Origin: an uncultured Bacteroidales bacterium
GTDB taxonomy: Bacteria; Bacteroidota; Bacteroidia; Bacteroidales; UBA10428
Assembly: GCA_964592225.1 (NCBI GenBank)
Contig: CAZQCO010000005.1
Coordinates: 10,273-74,272 of the forward strand
Length of the DNA: 64,000 bases
Direction of reading: 5' to 3'
Made by a program: the position numbers and the translations under genes. Below the pieces are notes generated by a model. It was not told where the DNA came from. It did not search any database and saw nothing but the letters and a program-made list of their open reading frames with translations. The first letter of the stretch is position 1. Each line of letters starts with the position of its first letter. This document shows, one piece after another, positions 1 through 10,389 of this stretch.

Positions 1-1
1 T

Positions 2-1177
2 ATTGCATACTGGCATTCATTCTGTGGCGATGGAGCTGATCCATTTGGAGGAACAACTCATAATTATGCCTGGGACAAAGGTTCCGATGCCATAACAAAA
101 GGAAAACAAAAAATGGATGCAGCTTTTGAGTTTTTTACAAAGCTTGGTGTTTCCTACTATTGCTTTCACGATTTTGATCTTGTTGAAGAAGGATCGGGAG
201 TAATTGAATCGGACAAAAATATACAGGCCTTAATTGACTATGCTAAACAAAAGCAATCCGAATCGGGCGTTAAACTGCTTTGGGGAACTTCCAATGTATT
301 TGGTAATGCACGTTATATGAATGGTGCAGCAACAAATCCTGATTTCACAGTTGTTACACATGCTGCTACTCAAATAAAGCGTGCTATTGATGCCACCATC
401 GCCCTGGGTGGTGAGAACTATGTTTTCTGGGGCGGTCGCGAAGGGTACATGTCTTTGTTAAATACTGACATGAAGCGTGAAAAGGATCATCTGGCTATGA
501 TGTTAACCAAAGCCAGAGATTATGCCCGTAAAAATGGTTTCAAAGGAACATTCCTCATTGAACCTAAACCGATGGAACCTACCAAGCATCAATATGATTT
601 TGATACGGAAACAGTAATTGGTTTTTTGCGTCACTATGGTCTCGACAAAGATTTTAAGCTTAATATCGAAGTAAATCATGCCACACTGGCTCAACATACA
701 TTCCAACATGAATTGCAGGTAGCTGTTGATGCTGGTTTGCTCGGATCTATCGATGCTAACCGTGGTGATTATCAGAATGGATGGGATACGGATCAATTCC
801 CAATAAATATTTATGAATTAGTTGAAGCCATGCTGGTAATACTTCCAGCAGGTGGATTTAAAACAGGTGGTGTAAATTTTGATGCAAAACGCAGAAGAAA
901 TTCTACTGACAACGAGGATTTATTTATAGCTCATGTTGCGGGTATGGATGTTTTCGCACGGGCATTATTAGTAGCCAATGATATTCTTGAAAAAAGTGAT
1001 TATCTGAAACTCAGAAAATCAAGGTATGCATCTTTCGATACAGGTGAAGGTAAAGCATTTGAAGATGGCAAGCTTGGCCTGGAAGAAATGAGAGAGATAG
1101 CCCTTAAAGCAGGAGAACCTAAGGTTATTAGTGGTAAACAAGAACTTTACGAAAGCTTAATTAATCGATATATTTAG
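2..1177 (+). CDS. xylA: Xylose isomerase, 5'-truncated by the window edge
   Basis: The frame is open from nt 2 ([17 protein letters not shown]...) and runs into the listed ORF 113..1177. Class II xylose isomerase motifs are present: FCFHD-like 'YCFHDFD', 'FLIEPKP' and '[10 protein letters not shown]'. Confidence 0.9.
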   Translation: MAYWHSFCGDGADPFGGTTHNYAWDKGSDAITKGKQKMDAAFEFFTKLGVSYYCFHDFDLVEEGSGVIESDKNIQALIDYAKQKQSESGVKLLWGTSNVFGNARYMNGAATNPDFTVVTHAATQIKRAIDATIALGGENYVFWGGREGYMSLLNTDMKREKDHLAMMLTKARDYARKNGFKGTFLIEPKPMEPTKHQYDFDTETVIGFLRHYGLDKDFKLNIEVNHATLAQHTFQHELQVAVDAGLLGSIDANRGDYQNGWDTDQFPINIYELVEAMLVILPAGGFKTGGVNFDAKRRRNSTDNEDLFIAHVAGMDVFARALLVANDILEKSDYLKLRKSRYASFDTGEGKAFEDGKLGLEEMREIALKAGEPKVISGKQELYESLINRYI

Positions 1178-1181
1178 TTGT

Positions 1182-2156
1182 ATGTTGAATTCTGCGTTCA
1201 GATTTCAAATTGTTGAAGAAGAATTCGGGACAAAAACCTTGTATAAGCTTTATGATAGTGAATACGGGGAATTTGTCTCTATTCTCCCTTATCTGGGAGG
1301 TTCAATCAATCAAATGGTGTTGCGAAAAGATGAAAACCTGGTCGAAATTCTGGATGGTTATATATCACCACAGGATGCTGAAAAAAACTTAGAGACATCA
1401 TTTAAAGGTAGTAATCTGTTACCTTTTCCTAACCGGATAGCTGACGGAAAGTACAGTTTTCATGATCAACTTTTTCACTTCCCCATAAATTTTCATCAGG
1501 AGAATAATGCCATTCATGGATTACTTTTCAACCAAGAATTGAAAGTGATTGATCAGGAAGATGGTGAAATTGGCTGCATGCTTATACTTGAATATCAAGC
1601 CGAAGAATCAGAAGGTTATCCATTTAAATATCACTTCAAAATCAATTACCGGCTGTCGGAAGATCGTGGATTTGAATGTAAAGTTAAATTTACTAACCTC
1701 ATGGATCAATCCATACCTGTCGGACATGGATGGCATCCTTATTTCAGGTTGGGTGAGAACGCAATTGACAATTTACTATTACAATTTCCAGCCAAAGATA
1801 TTTTGAAAGTAGACAAAAGGAGTATTCCAACCGGTGAATTGGAACCCTATAATAAATTCAATCAAATTTCCATTATAGGAAACACAGTGCTTGATAATTG
1901 TTTCCTCCTGAAAGATGAAAATCAGTATGCTGAAATTATTATTATGGACAAATCCAAAGATTTTGGCTATAAAATCTGGCAGGAAACCGGTAAATATAAG
2001 TACAACTATTTGCAGGTGTATACTCCGCCTCACAGAAAATCTATTGCCATTGAACCCATGACCTGTGCTCCTGACGCTTTCAACAATCAGATGGGACTTG
2101 TTATTCTGGCACCACAAGAAGTGATGTCTACAACATTTGGTATATCTAAAATTTAA
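1182..2156 (+). CDS. Aldose 1-epimerase (mutarotase) family protein
   Basis: 324 aa, 4 nt downstream of xylA. It has the 'HGWHPYF' motif typical of the aldose-epimerase fold, and the sugar-utilisation context fits. Confidence 0.72.
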   Translation: MLNSAFRFQIVEEEFGTKTLYKLYDSEYGEFVSILPYLGGSINQMVLRKDENLVEILDGYISPQDAEKNLETSFKGSNLLPFPNRIADGKYSFHDQLFHFPINFHQENNAIHGLLFNQELKVIDQEDGEIGCMLILEYQAEESEGYPFKYHFKINYRLSEDRGFECKVKFTNLMDQSIPVGHGWHPYFRLGENAIDNLLLQFPAKDILKVDKRSIPTGELEPYNKFNQISIIGNTVLDNCFLLKDENQYAEIIIMDKSKDFGYKIWQETGKYKYNYLQVYTPPHRKSIAIEPMTCAPDAFNNQMGLVILAPQEVMSTTFGISKI

Positions 2157-2183
2157 GCAATGAAGAAAAAACAGAAGTCCGTT

Positions 2184-3224
2184 TTATTCCTCTGTCTGTT
2201 GCCTTAATTGTTCATTACGTATTACTCTTCCTTCCAGGATTCTCACATATTCAAGTGCCAGCTTGATTTTATAATCGGTATAAGCTTTCTCTGCCCATTG
2301 AATGGCGATTTCTAAATTTCCATTGATCTCATTGATGATGGCCATATTGTAATGTGCCCTTCCGGCAATTTTCCCTTTCGGATTTTCGGTTTCTTTTTCC
2401 CATAACTGTGCGGCTCCATCCCAATTGCCCGTTTGAGCACGACGTTTGGCAATTTTAAAATTATCACTTCCTCTTACATAATACTTCCGCGATACCCTGA
2501 TTTTATAAGGTAATGTTCTATAGGCATAATTCTGACCGACAGTATAACTAACCTGTTTTACAGCTTCTGTTCGCCCTATAAGAGCGGCGGCCGCTGCGGC
2601 AGGATTAATTCCTTTTCCCGATTTTTCTATACTTTCCATAATCGGAAACTCATCAAGTATAATCCTGTTTTTTGGATCGTAGATTCGCCAGCCAGTTTTA
2701 ACAGTTGTGATCATATGAGCATAATGTTCTACTGCAGGTATATTAACACCCATTGGACCTTTCAGTGTAACCGGTTTGTTACTATATGATATACGTGTAT
2801 CCGTATCGAAAAATTCCAACACAAACAGTGCATCTAAATTATTCTCCATGCAAATTTTCTCCAATGTTTCCCAGGATAAAGGAGAAGGAAATATGCCCAT
2901 ACCAGGACTTCGCAGGTCGAGTTCATTAAGAAATTTTACCTCCGTAAACCTTTCATTTCGTGATAATTCATTATTAATCCCTCTGAGTGCTTCTTTCGAA
3001 CCTTCCCTATCCAGGTTTGCTCCTTCGATAGATAATACCTGGTCGAGTTTATCCTGCTGTTCATTCTCTTCCGAAGGGAGAGTTCTGTCAATAATTCCTA
3101 TCTTTTTAATATGAGAGGATAAAGTCACAGGAGCAGGTTCCAAAACACTCATTGTTACATAATTAGTAGAACTGCAGCCGATAATTGTAAAGGCTATCAA
3201 AAATAATACGATCGCGTTTTTCAT
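2184..3224 (-). CDS. Predicted lipoprotein with a TPR-like C-terminus (function unknown)
   Basis: N-terminus MKNAIVLFLIAFTIIGCSS reads as a signal peptide plus lipobox Cys. The C-terminal helical repeat (...AGRAHYNMAIINEINGNLEIAIQWAEKAY...) is TPR-like. Confidence 0.6.
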   Translation of the reverse strand: MKNAIVLFLIAFTIIGCSSTNYVTMSVLEPAPVTLSSHIKKIGIIDRTLPSEENEQQDKLDQVLSIEGANLDREGSKEALRGINNELSRNERFTEVKFLNELDLRSPGMGIFPSPLSWETLEKICMENNLDALFVLEFFDTDTRISYSNKPVTLKGPMGVNIPAVEHYAHMITTVKTGWRIYDPKNRIILDEFPIMESIEKSGKGINPAAAAAALIGRTEAVKQVSYTVGQNYAYRTLPYKIRVSRKYYVRGSDNFKIAKRRAQTGNWDGAAQLWEKETENPKGKIAGRAHYNMAIINEINGNLEIAIQWAEKAYTDYKIKLALEYVRILEGRVIRNEQLRQQTEE

Positions 3225-3354
3225 TTTTAAAATATTTTAATCCATAATCCTTTCTGATATTCATCTGAACAATACTATGAATTTAAGGATTTTTCCGATA
3301 GTAACTAATATGGAAAAAGAAGTAAATAACCGATATTTTGCTAATAGGTAATAA

Positions 3355-3532
3355 AAAAGAGGCTGTCTCAAAAGCAAAATTATGTAATAACTTGATCTGG
3401 TTTCTCTGTGTAACTCTTTTAAAATTGTCTGTGGACCTCTGTGTTTTAATTATTTAAGAATTTTTCCACAGAGAAACACAGAGCAGACTCAGAGTGACAC
3501 AGAGGCTTTTGGCTTTTGAGACAGCCTCTTTT
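3355..3532. repeat. Composite long inverted repeat (MITE-like) between tkt and the lipoprotein gene
   Basis: 21-nt perfect arms: aaaagaggctgtctcaaaagc (3355-3375) and gcttttgagacagcctctttt (3512-3532). The interior carries CTCTGTG-type units on the left and CACAGAG-type units on the right. No ORF. Confidence 0.85.
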
Positions 3533-3551
3533 AGTATAGCAAGGTAAATCG

Positions 3552-5588
3552 TTATTTTAAAGAATTCAGGTATTCTACAACTTTGTTGAATACGTTCTCA
3601 GATGTATAACCCAGTTTCTCATCCAGAACTTTAGCCGGAGCAGAGAATCCAAAGCTTTCAAGTCCGTAAACCAGACCCCTTGCACCGACAAGGCCTGCAA
3701 GTGTTACGGGTAATCCGGCCGTTAGTCCAAACACCGGTAAATTTTCAGGAATTACCGAATGCTGATAATCAGGATCCTGCTCGTGAAAAAGTCCCTCGGA
3801 AATAACAGATACAACCTGAACATTATATCCCTTTCTCTCCTTTAAAAGATTAGCCCCACCCATAAGGGTTGAAACTTCCGAACCATTCCCGACAAGTACA
3901 ATATCAATATTTCCTTCGTCTTTATGTACTATATATCCTCCCTTTTCAGCCATAAGGGCCTCTTTGTATCGGCTTTTAACAGCAGGAAGGTCTGGAATAC
4001 CTTGACGTGATAGCAGCAGTGCGGTAGGAGTATGAGTGTTCTCAAGTGCCATCTTCCATGCAACATTGGTTTCTATAGCATCGGCAGGACGTAAAACCAG
4101 AACACTTCTCTTACCTGAATGGTTTCTCAATTGTTCTAAAAGTCTTATTTGTGCTTCCTGTTCAACAGGTTGATGTGTAGGTCCATCCTCACCTACACGA
4201 AAAGCATCATGAGTCCAGATATATTTTACAGGTAATTCCATCAGTGCAGCAAGGCGAACAGCTGGTTTCATATAATCAGAAAATACAAAAAAAGTAGCAC
4301 AAGCAGGAATAACTCCACCATGTAAAGCCATACCATTGGCTATTCCTGCCATGGTTAATTCTGAAACACCTGCCTGTAAAAATGCACCACTAAAATCGCC
4401 CTTTACAAATTGTTTTGTCTTCTTTAAGAAGCCATCCGTTTTATCACTATTCGATAGATCGGCTGAAGCAACAATCATATTTTCAACCTTTTCGGCTAAA
4501 TATCCCAGTATAGTAGCAGAGGCCGCACGTGTAGCTATATTTTGTTTCTGCTCAATTAAACTAAAATCAATTTCCGGAATTTTGCCTGAAAAGAATTTGT
4601 GCAATTTTTTAGCCAGTTCCGGATTTTCGATTTCCCATTGAGACTGCCTATCTTTTCTTTCTCTTGCAATCTGAATTTTAGTTCTCTTTATTTTATCCCA
4701 ATAATCTTTGACCTCAGGAAAAAGAGTAAAAGGATTTGAAGGGTCACCACCGAGACTACTAATGGTATTCTCAAATGAAGCTCCCGCATCAGATAAAGGC
4801 ATGCCATGAGTCGATGTTTGTCGTTCGAATGATGTACCATTTTGTGCAATAGCACCTTTACCCATTATTGTTTTACCAATAATCAATGTGGGTTTTTCCT
4901 TCTCATTAACTGCTACCTGAAGAGCATTCCTGATTTCATTCTGATTGTTCCCTTCAATAGTCATCACTTTCCAACCCCAGGCTTCGTACTTTTTAGCAGT
5001 ATCCTCTTTAGTTACAGCCTTAGTTTCAGTTGAAAGTTGAATATCGTTTGAATCGTAAAACATTATCAGATTGTTCAGTCCGAGAAAGCCTGCTATTCTT
5101 CCTGCTCCCTGCGATATCTCTTCTTGAACACCTCCATCAGAGATGAAGGTGAAAATTTTATGTGACATCCAATCGCCAAACCGTGTAACAAGGAATTTTT
5201 CGACAATAGCTGCCCCAACAGCATTTGTATGACCCATTCCTAATGGACCGGAAGTATTTTCGACGCCTTTTGCAGGATTAACTTCGGGATGGCCTGGTGT
5301 AATACTTCCCCATTGTCTGAAATTTTCAATATCTTGAAGTGTATAATAACCAGCCAATATCAGAACGGAATAAAGCATAGGAGACATATGACCGGGATCG
5401 AGAAAAAACCTGTCCCGATTGATCCATATTCCATCTGTCGGATCATAATTAAGAAACTCTGAATAGAGAATATTGATAAAATCGGCTCCTCCCATTGCAC
5501 CACCCGGATGTCCTGATTTAGCTTTTTCGACCATTGCTGCAGATAAGATTCGAATATTGTCCGCCGAGTGTTCAATAACTCCCTTCAT
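3552..5588 (-). CDS. tkt: Transketolase
   Basis: 678 aa. ThDP-binding 'SGHPGGAMG', 'GDGGVQEEIS', and the 'THDAFRVGEDGPTHQPVEQ' signature. Confidence 0.95.
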   Translation of the reverse strand: MKGVIEHSADNIRILSAAMVEKAKSGHPGGAMGGADFINILYSEFLNYDPTDGIWINRDRFFLDPGHMSPMLYSVLILAGYYTLQDIENFRQWGSITPGHPEVNPAKGVENTSGPLGMGHTNAVGAAIVEKFLVTRFGDWMSHKIFTFISDGGVQEEISQGAGRIAGFLGLNNLIMFYDSNDIQLSTETKAVTKEDTAKKYEAWGWKVMTIEGNNQNEIRNALQVAVNEKEKPTLIIGKTIMGKGAIAQNGTSFERQTSTHGMPLSDAGASFENTISSLGGDPSNPFTLFPEVKDYWDKIKRTKIQIARERKDRQSQWEIENPELAKKLHKFFSGKIPEIDFSLIEQKQNIATRAASATILGYLAEKVENMIVASADLSNSDKTDGFLKKTKQFVKGDFSGAFLQAGVSELTMAGIANGMALHGGVIPACATFFVFSDYMKPAVRLAALMELPVKYIWTHDAFRVGEDGPTHQPVEQEAQIRLLEQLRNHSGKRSVLVLRPADAIETNVAWKMALENTHTPTALLLSRQGIPDLPAVKSRYKEALMAEKGGYIVHKDEGNIDIVLVGNGSEVSTLMGGANLLKERKGYNVQVVSVISEGLFHEQDPDYQHSVIPENLPVFGLTAGLPVTLAGLVGARGLVYGLESFGFSAPAKVLDEKLGYTSENVFNKVVEYLNSLK

Positions 5589-5818
5589 AACATTTTGTTT
5601 TGTAAATCCTTAGTATTAATTATAGTCATTTTGACTTAAACTCCTACAAATGTAAGGATAAATCATAAAAAAATTCAATGTAAGATATTTATTTATTCAG
5701 TGAGAATTTCCTCCATTCCCTCCTCATCAAGCTCCACAAGTGATAATCTTTGATAATACTATTTAGCTTCTTTTCGAAAGATTACTATATTTGTCACAAA
5801 AATATTAATTAATAAATT

Positions 5819-6298
5819 ATGATTCAGAGGATTCAAACAGCATTTTTACTCGTAGCAACGATTTTGGCTGTAATTATTGTTGTACATCCTGTTTCAGAAA
5901 TGAATTTAAGCGATGGTTCAGTTGCTCTCTTTACAAGTTTCAGATTAAAGAGTCTTCAAGAACCATTACAAACCTATACTTACACTTTTCCTATTGCTGT
6001 GCTGGCGCTTGCATCGGCTCTCATTAGCTTTATAACCATCCTGTTTTTTCAGAAACGAACTCTTCAAATGCGTTTATGCGTTTATAATATTCTAATAACA
6101 ATAGGCCTTTCAGCTGTGATGTTTTACTATTATTTTACTATTAAGAACGGAGAGATTGCTGAAGGATTATTTGTGAATATACACTCATTTTCATATACGA
6201 TAATATTTCCTTTTGTGAATATTATACTGCTTTTTCAGGCATTTCGAACAATACGAAGAGATGATTTGCTAATAAAATCTTACGACAGACTGCGTTGA
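5819..6298 (+). CDS. Small multi-pass membrane protein (DUF4293-like)
   Basis: 159 aa with about 4 hydrophobic segments. The start MIQRIQTAFLLVA resembles the Bacteroidota DUF4293 family as I recall it. Not searched. Confidence 0.55.
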   Translation: MIQRIQTAFLLVATILAVIIVVHPVSEMNLSDGSVALFTSFRLKSLQEPLQTYTYTFPIAVLALASALISFITILFFQKRTLQMRLCVYNILITIGLSAVMFYYYFTIKNGEIAEGLFVNIHSFSYTIIFPFVNIILLFQAFRTIRRDDLLIKSYDRLR

Positions 6299-6312
6299 TA
6301 GAAAACTTTTAC

Positions 6313-6774
6313 TTAAAGAATTGTCATATGCTCTTTTACTGTAAGTTTCTCGCAGTAGTGACAACGTAATTTTACTTCCTTTTTATCTATAACATGAAAT
6401 CGTGTTGATATTTTCTCATGATTAGTAACGCACTGCGGATTCACACATTTAACTATTCCATTTATTTCATCAGGTATTTCTACAACTTTCTTTTCAACTA
6501 CTGAATAATCACGTATGATGTTTAACTTGGCATCCGGAGCTATAAGTGCAATCCGGTTTATATCTTTATCCTTAAAAAATACACCTGAGAGTTTAATAAT
6601 TCCTTTGCGGCCAAGTTTTTTACTGATAAGATTAGTACCGAAAGTTATCATCCCCTCAATTTTTTCGAGTTTGAGGATTGATACTACTTTAAATAAGCTA
6701 TCAGCCGGGATATGGTCAATAACTGTTCCGTCCTTAATGGCACTTACCTCAAGAAATTTATCTTTCATAGTCAT
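6313..6774 (-). CDS. pyrI: Aspartate carbamoyltransferase regulatory subunit
   Basis: 153 aa. It has an '[10 protein letters not shown]' N-domain and a C-terminal Zn domain with CxxxxC...CxYC (CVNPQC...CHYC). It overlaps pyrB by 4 nt. Confidence 0.9.
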   Translation of the reverse strand: MTMKDKFLEVSAIKDGTVIDHIPADSLFKVVSILKLEKIEGMITFGTNLISKKLGRKGIIKLSGVFFKDKDINRIALIAPDAKLNIIRDYSVVEKKVVEIPDEINGIVKCVNPQCVTNHEKISTRFHVIDKKEVKLRCHYCEKLTVKEHMTIL

Positions 6775-7682
6775 GATTTCAATCCAAGAATAAGTGATAT
6801 TATTGCCTGCCTCACATAAACTCCATTTTCAGTTTGCTGAAAGTAATAGGCCTTTGGATTTGCATCTACATCGGTATTTATTTCATTTACCCTGGGAAGC
6901 GGATGTAGTACCCTCATATTCTCCCTGGTTCCTGCCAACATTTCATCTCTTAAAACATAGGCGTTTTTAGTTTTTTCATATTCGATTGGATCAGAAAATC
7001 TTTCTTTCTGAACACGAGTCATATAAACAATATCAGCATTTTTTATATTCCCATTAAGTTCTCGTGATTCATGATATTGCAGTCCAATACTGTTTAATAA
7101 TATTTTATACTCTTCGGGCATTCTTAATTCATCAGGTGATATGAAATAAAAAGTTGCATTAAATTCTGAAAGTGCCATTAAAAGTGAATGTACTGTGCGA
7201 CCGTATTTCAAATCGCCCACCATAAATATATTCAGGTCCGTCAGCTTCCCCTGAGTTTTCTGAATGGAGTATAAATCGAGCAAGGTTTGTGTGGGATGTT
7301 GATTAGCTCCATCACCTGCATTAATAACCGGTATTTTAGTCAATTCGCTGGCATAGCGTGCACTCCCTTCCAGCGGATGCCGCATTACAATCAATTCAGC
7401 ATAGTTGCTCACAACACGAATGGTATCATATAGGGTTTCCCCTTTTGTAACCGACGAAGTAACAGAATCGCTAAAGCCAATAACCTTCCCTCCTATACGA
7501 TTAATGGCACTCTCAAAACTTAATCTTGTACGTGTTGATGGTTCGAAAAAAAGAGTGGCAATTACTTTACCCTTAAGCAGATCCTGATACGATTTTTTTT
7601 CGAAACCAGCTGCAGTATCAAGGATTTTTAAATAATCATCCTTAGAAAAGTCAGTTATTGAAATAAGACTTTTATTCAGCAT
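6771..7682 (-). CDS. pyrB: Aspartate carbamoyltransferase catalytic subunit
   Basis: 303 aa with '[13 protein letters not shown]', 'HPTQ' and 'HPLPR' motifs. Confidence 0.95.
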   Translation of the reverse strand: MLNKSLISITDFSKDDYLKILDTAAGFEKKSYQDLLKGKVIATLFFEPSTRTRLSFESAINRIGGKVIGFSDSVTSSVTKGETLYDTIRVVSNYAELIVMRHPLEGSARYASELTKIPVINAGDGANQHPTQTLLDLYSIQKTQGKLTDLNIFMVGDLKYGRTVHSLLMALSEFNATFYFISPDELRMPEEYKILLNSIGLQYHESRELNGNIKNADIVYMTRVQKERFSDPIEYEKTKNAYVLRDEMLAGTRENMRVLHPLPRVNEINTDVDANPKAYYFQQTENGVYVRQAIISLILGLKS

Positions 7683-7848
7683 ATGATAACTGATATTTTA
7701 AGTAAAAATAGCCAACAAAACGGGTAAAAGAAAGAGTTGTTAACATCTATTGAAAAATTTACATTATTTACTTAGAAAGCTATTCTCCAGATTATAATTA
7801 AAACCATACAGATATATAGCATTTTCAGTATATCAATAATTCCCGGGC

Positions 7849-8466
7849 TCATTCCTGTAATATTTTAATTTTTAAATTCTTCAGTTTTGAAAACCGTTGT
7901 TCGACAGAATCGAAGGATTTTTTTTCTGCTGTAAGTTTTATCCAGCAGTCCATATCAGAATATTGTTCATTTATTAAGATTGATTCATCCTTAATGATCC
8001 TCATAACCGAATTCATATCCGTATATGGAAAAGAAATTTTAAAGTTGATTTCAGATCTACACTTTAAACATGTTGCTTTTGAAAGACAATCTGCGGCAGC
8101 TGTCCGGTAGGCATTTATTAATCCGGATGTTCCAAGTAGCTTACCTCCAAAATAACGAACCACGACAAGCAGAATATTGGTGAGATTGTTTGATTCTATT
8201 TGGCCTAATATTGGCCTTCCAGCCGTACCCGAAGGTTCTCCATCATCATTCACTCGGTAATACTGCTCTTCTATACCTAAGCGAAAAGCAAAACAAAAAT
8301 GTCTGGCATCGTGGTATTTTTTCTTCACCTGATTCAGAATTTGTCTAATCTCTTCTTCATTAGATACAGAATAAGCAAATGAAAGAAACTTACTGCCTCT
8401 ATCTTTATAAATTCCCTCAGTATCTGATTTAATGGTTAAAAAAGTATCTGGTTCCATATCAGTCAA
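7849..8466 (-). CDS. YigZ / IMPACT family protein
   Basis: 205 aa with the 'DDGEPSGTAGRPIL' motif typical of UPF0029/IMPACT-N. Confidence 0.8.
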   Translation of the reverse strand: MTDMEPDTFLTIKSDTEGIYKDRGSKFLSFAYSVSNEEEIRQILNQVKKKYHDARHFCFAFRLGIEEQYYRVNDDGEPSGTAGRPILGQIESNNLTNILLVVVRYFGGKLLGTSGLINAYRTAAADCLSKATCLKCRSEINFKISFPYTDMNSVMRIIKDESILINEQYSDMDCWIKLTAEKKSFDSVEQRFSKLKNLKIKILQE

Positions 8467-8588
8467 CCGGTATATTTATAGCGACCTATTCATTTGGGAA
8501 AATTAATTCTGCTATTTTAAATAAACTACCCGACAAATTTGACAAAAAAAAACAGGCTCAAAAGAACCTGCCTTTTTGGATTTATGGT

Positions 8589-10037
8589 TTAAAACCTCAG
8601 CTTCTTTTCGATATCTTCTATCTGGCTCTTGAAATGCTTGTCGGTATCCATCAGATTGTTAACAGTTTTACAGGCATGTAGAACTGTAGCATGATCTTTC
8701 CCCCCTATCTGCGCACCTATGGTCGCTAAGGAAGATTTAGTCAGGTTCTTACTAAAATACATCGCAACCTGTCGGGCCTGCACTATCTCCCTTTTCCTTG
8801 TTTTCGACTGTAGCATTTCAATACCAATATCGTAATAATTACATACTACTTTCTGAATGTAATCGATGGAAACCTCACGCTTCGTGCTTTTAATCAGCTT
8901 ATCAATCATTTCTTTTGCCAGGTCAAGAGTAATCTCTTTCCTGTTAAGAGTCGATTGAGCCAGTAAAGAAATTAAGGCTCCTTCAAGTTCCCTGATATTA
9001 TCTGTAATATGAGTAGAGATGTATTCAATTACTTCATCCGGCATATCGATACCGTCCTTATATATTTTCTGTTTAAGGATGGCAATACGAGTTTCAAAAT
9101 CCGGTACTTGCAGATCAGCCGATAGGCCCCATTTAAATCTTGAGAGGAGTCGCTGCTCCATGCCCTGAAGTTCCACAGGAGGTTTATCGGATGTAAGGAT
9201 TAATTGTTTTCCCGACTGATGCAAATGATTAAAAATATGGAAAAAAGTATCCTGTGTCTTCTCTTTCCCTGCAAATTCATGAACATCGTCAATGATCAGT
9301 ACATCTATCATCTGATAAAAGTGAAGAAAATCGTTTTTATTATTGTTCCTGATAGATTCAACAAACTGAGTTTGAAATTTATTGGCGTTGACATATAAAA
9401 CAGTCTTATCCGGGAAACGTTCCTTTACTTCTATGCCAATAGCTTGCGCGAGATGGGTTTTTCCTAATCCCGAGTCACCATAAATTAACAGTGGATTGAA
9501 AGCCGTGCCGCCAGGATTATTTGCAACAGCAATTCCTGCTGAGCGTGCAAGCCGGTTGCATTCACCTTCGACAAAGTTGGTAAAATTATTTTCTGGATTT
9601 AGTCGTGGATCAATATCCAGCTTTTTTAAACCCGGTATAATGAAGGGATTTTTAATGGTTTTTTCGTCCGTATTCAAAGGAACCGATACAGGTCTGTTTT
9701 TTAATTCCCGATGATTCTGGGCAGGTAACTTTACAGTTAAAGGTTTTTTATTCGAGCTTGAATTATAATCCATTACCACGCTATACTCTAACTTAGCATC
9801 ATATCCGAGTTCCTTTCTCAGGGTTTTACTTATAATTTCAATGTATTTTTCTTCAAGATATTCATAAAAGAAGGGACTGGGAACCTGAATTGTGAGAATA
9901 TTCTTTTCGAGTCTTATTGGGACAATAGGTTCAAACCATGTCCTAAAGCTTATCGATGGCACATTATCCTGAATTACTTTTAGACAATTGTCCCAGACTT
10001 CCCTATGCATTTTTATATAGTGTTTAGTTTTAGGCAA
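8589..10037 (-). CDS. dnaA: Chromosomal replication initiator protein DnaA
   Basis: 482 aa. AAA+ Walker A 'GDSGLGKTHL', Walker B 'LIIDDVH', and the C-terminal DnaA-box binding domain '...IGGKDHATVLHA'. Confidence 0.97.
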   Translation of the reverse strand: MPKTKHYIKMHREVWDNCLKVIQDNVPSISFRTWFEPIVPIRLEKNILTIQVPSPFFYEYLEEKYIEIISKTLRKELGYDAKLEYSVVMDYNSSSNKKPLTVKLPAQNHRELKNRPVSVPLNTDEKTIKNPFIIPGLKKLDIDPRLNPENNFTNFVEGECNRLARSAGIAVANNPGGTAFNPLLIYGDSGLGKTHLAQAIGIEVKERFPDKTVLYVNANKFQTQFVESIRNNNKNDFLHFYQMIDVLIIDDVHEFAGKEKTQDTFFHIFNHLHQSGKQLILTSDKPPVELQGMEQRLLSRFKWGLSADLQVPDFETRIAILKQKIYKDGIDMPDEVIEYISTHITDNIRELEGALISLLAQSTLNRKEITLDLAKEMIDKLIKSTKREVSIDYIQKVVCNYYDIGIEMLQSKTRKREIVQARQVAMYFSKNLTKSSLATIGAQIGGKDHATVLHACKTVNNLMDTDKHFKSQIEDIEKKLRF

Positions 10038-10389
10038 TTAAATTTTAGGGTATTGTTAATTTTTCATTAAGCAATTTTGTGAAAAAAAACATAAAAAAAA
10101 AGCCCATTGTCTATTGTTTTTTATGATTATAAGATATCGTTTTTATTATCAACTGATTAAAAATTAAAAAAAAATATTATTTTTATATATTATTGATTAT
10201 CAATATTTTAACTATATTTTTAATCTATTGTATTGTTACTTAATAATTTGGAGAACGTTAAATAAATGTTAACTCTAAGATTAAGTTTTAGTCTTAAAAT
10301 TATTAATTCGAAAAAACAAATTTAAATAAGTAAAAACTATCATTTTTTCGGTTTGTTAATAACTTCACAAGCAATAATACCTAATTCTC
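10038..10389. promoter_or_regulatory. Very AT-rich spacer upstream of dnaA: candidate oriC / DNA-unwinding region plus dnaA promoter
   Basis: About 350 nt with no ORF, long A/T runs and AT-rich repeats (attattgattatcaatatt...). I found no perfect TTATCCACA box by eye, only 2-mismatch sites (ttatcaact, ttatcaata). Confidence 0.35.

Noticed and set aside
8467-8588. Spacer downstream of dnaA, examined for a terminator and for DnaA boxes
   Set aside because: I found only 4-bp complementary segments (cagg/cctg, aggc/gcct) around 'caggctcaaaagaacctgcc' and no DnaA-box-like 9-mers.
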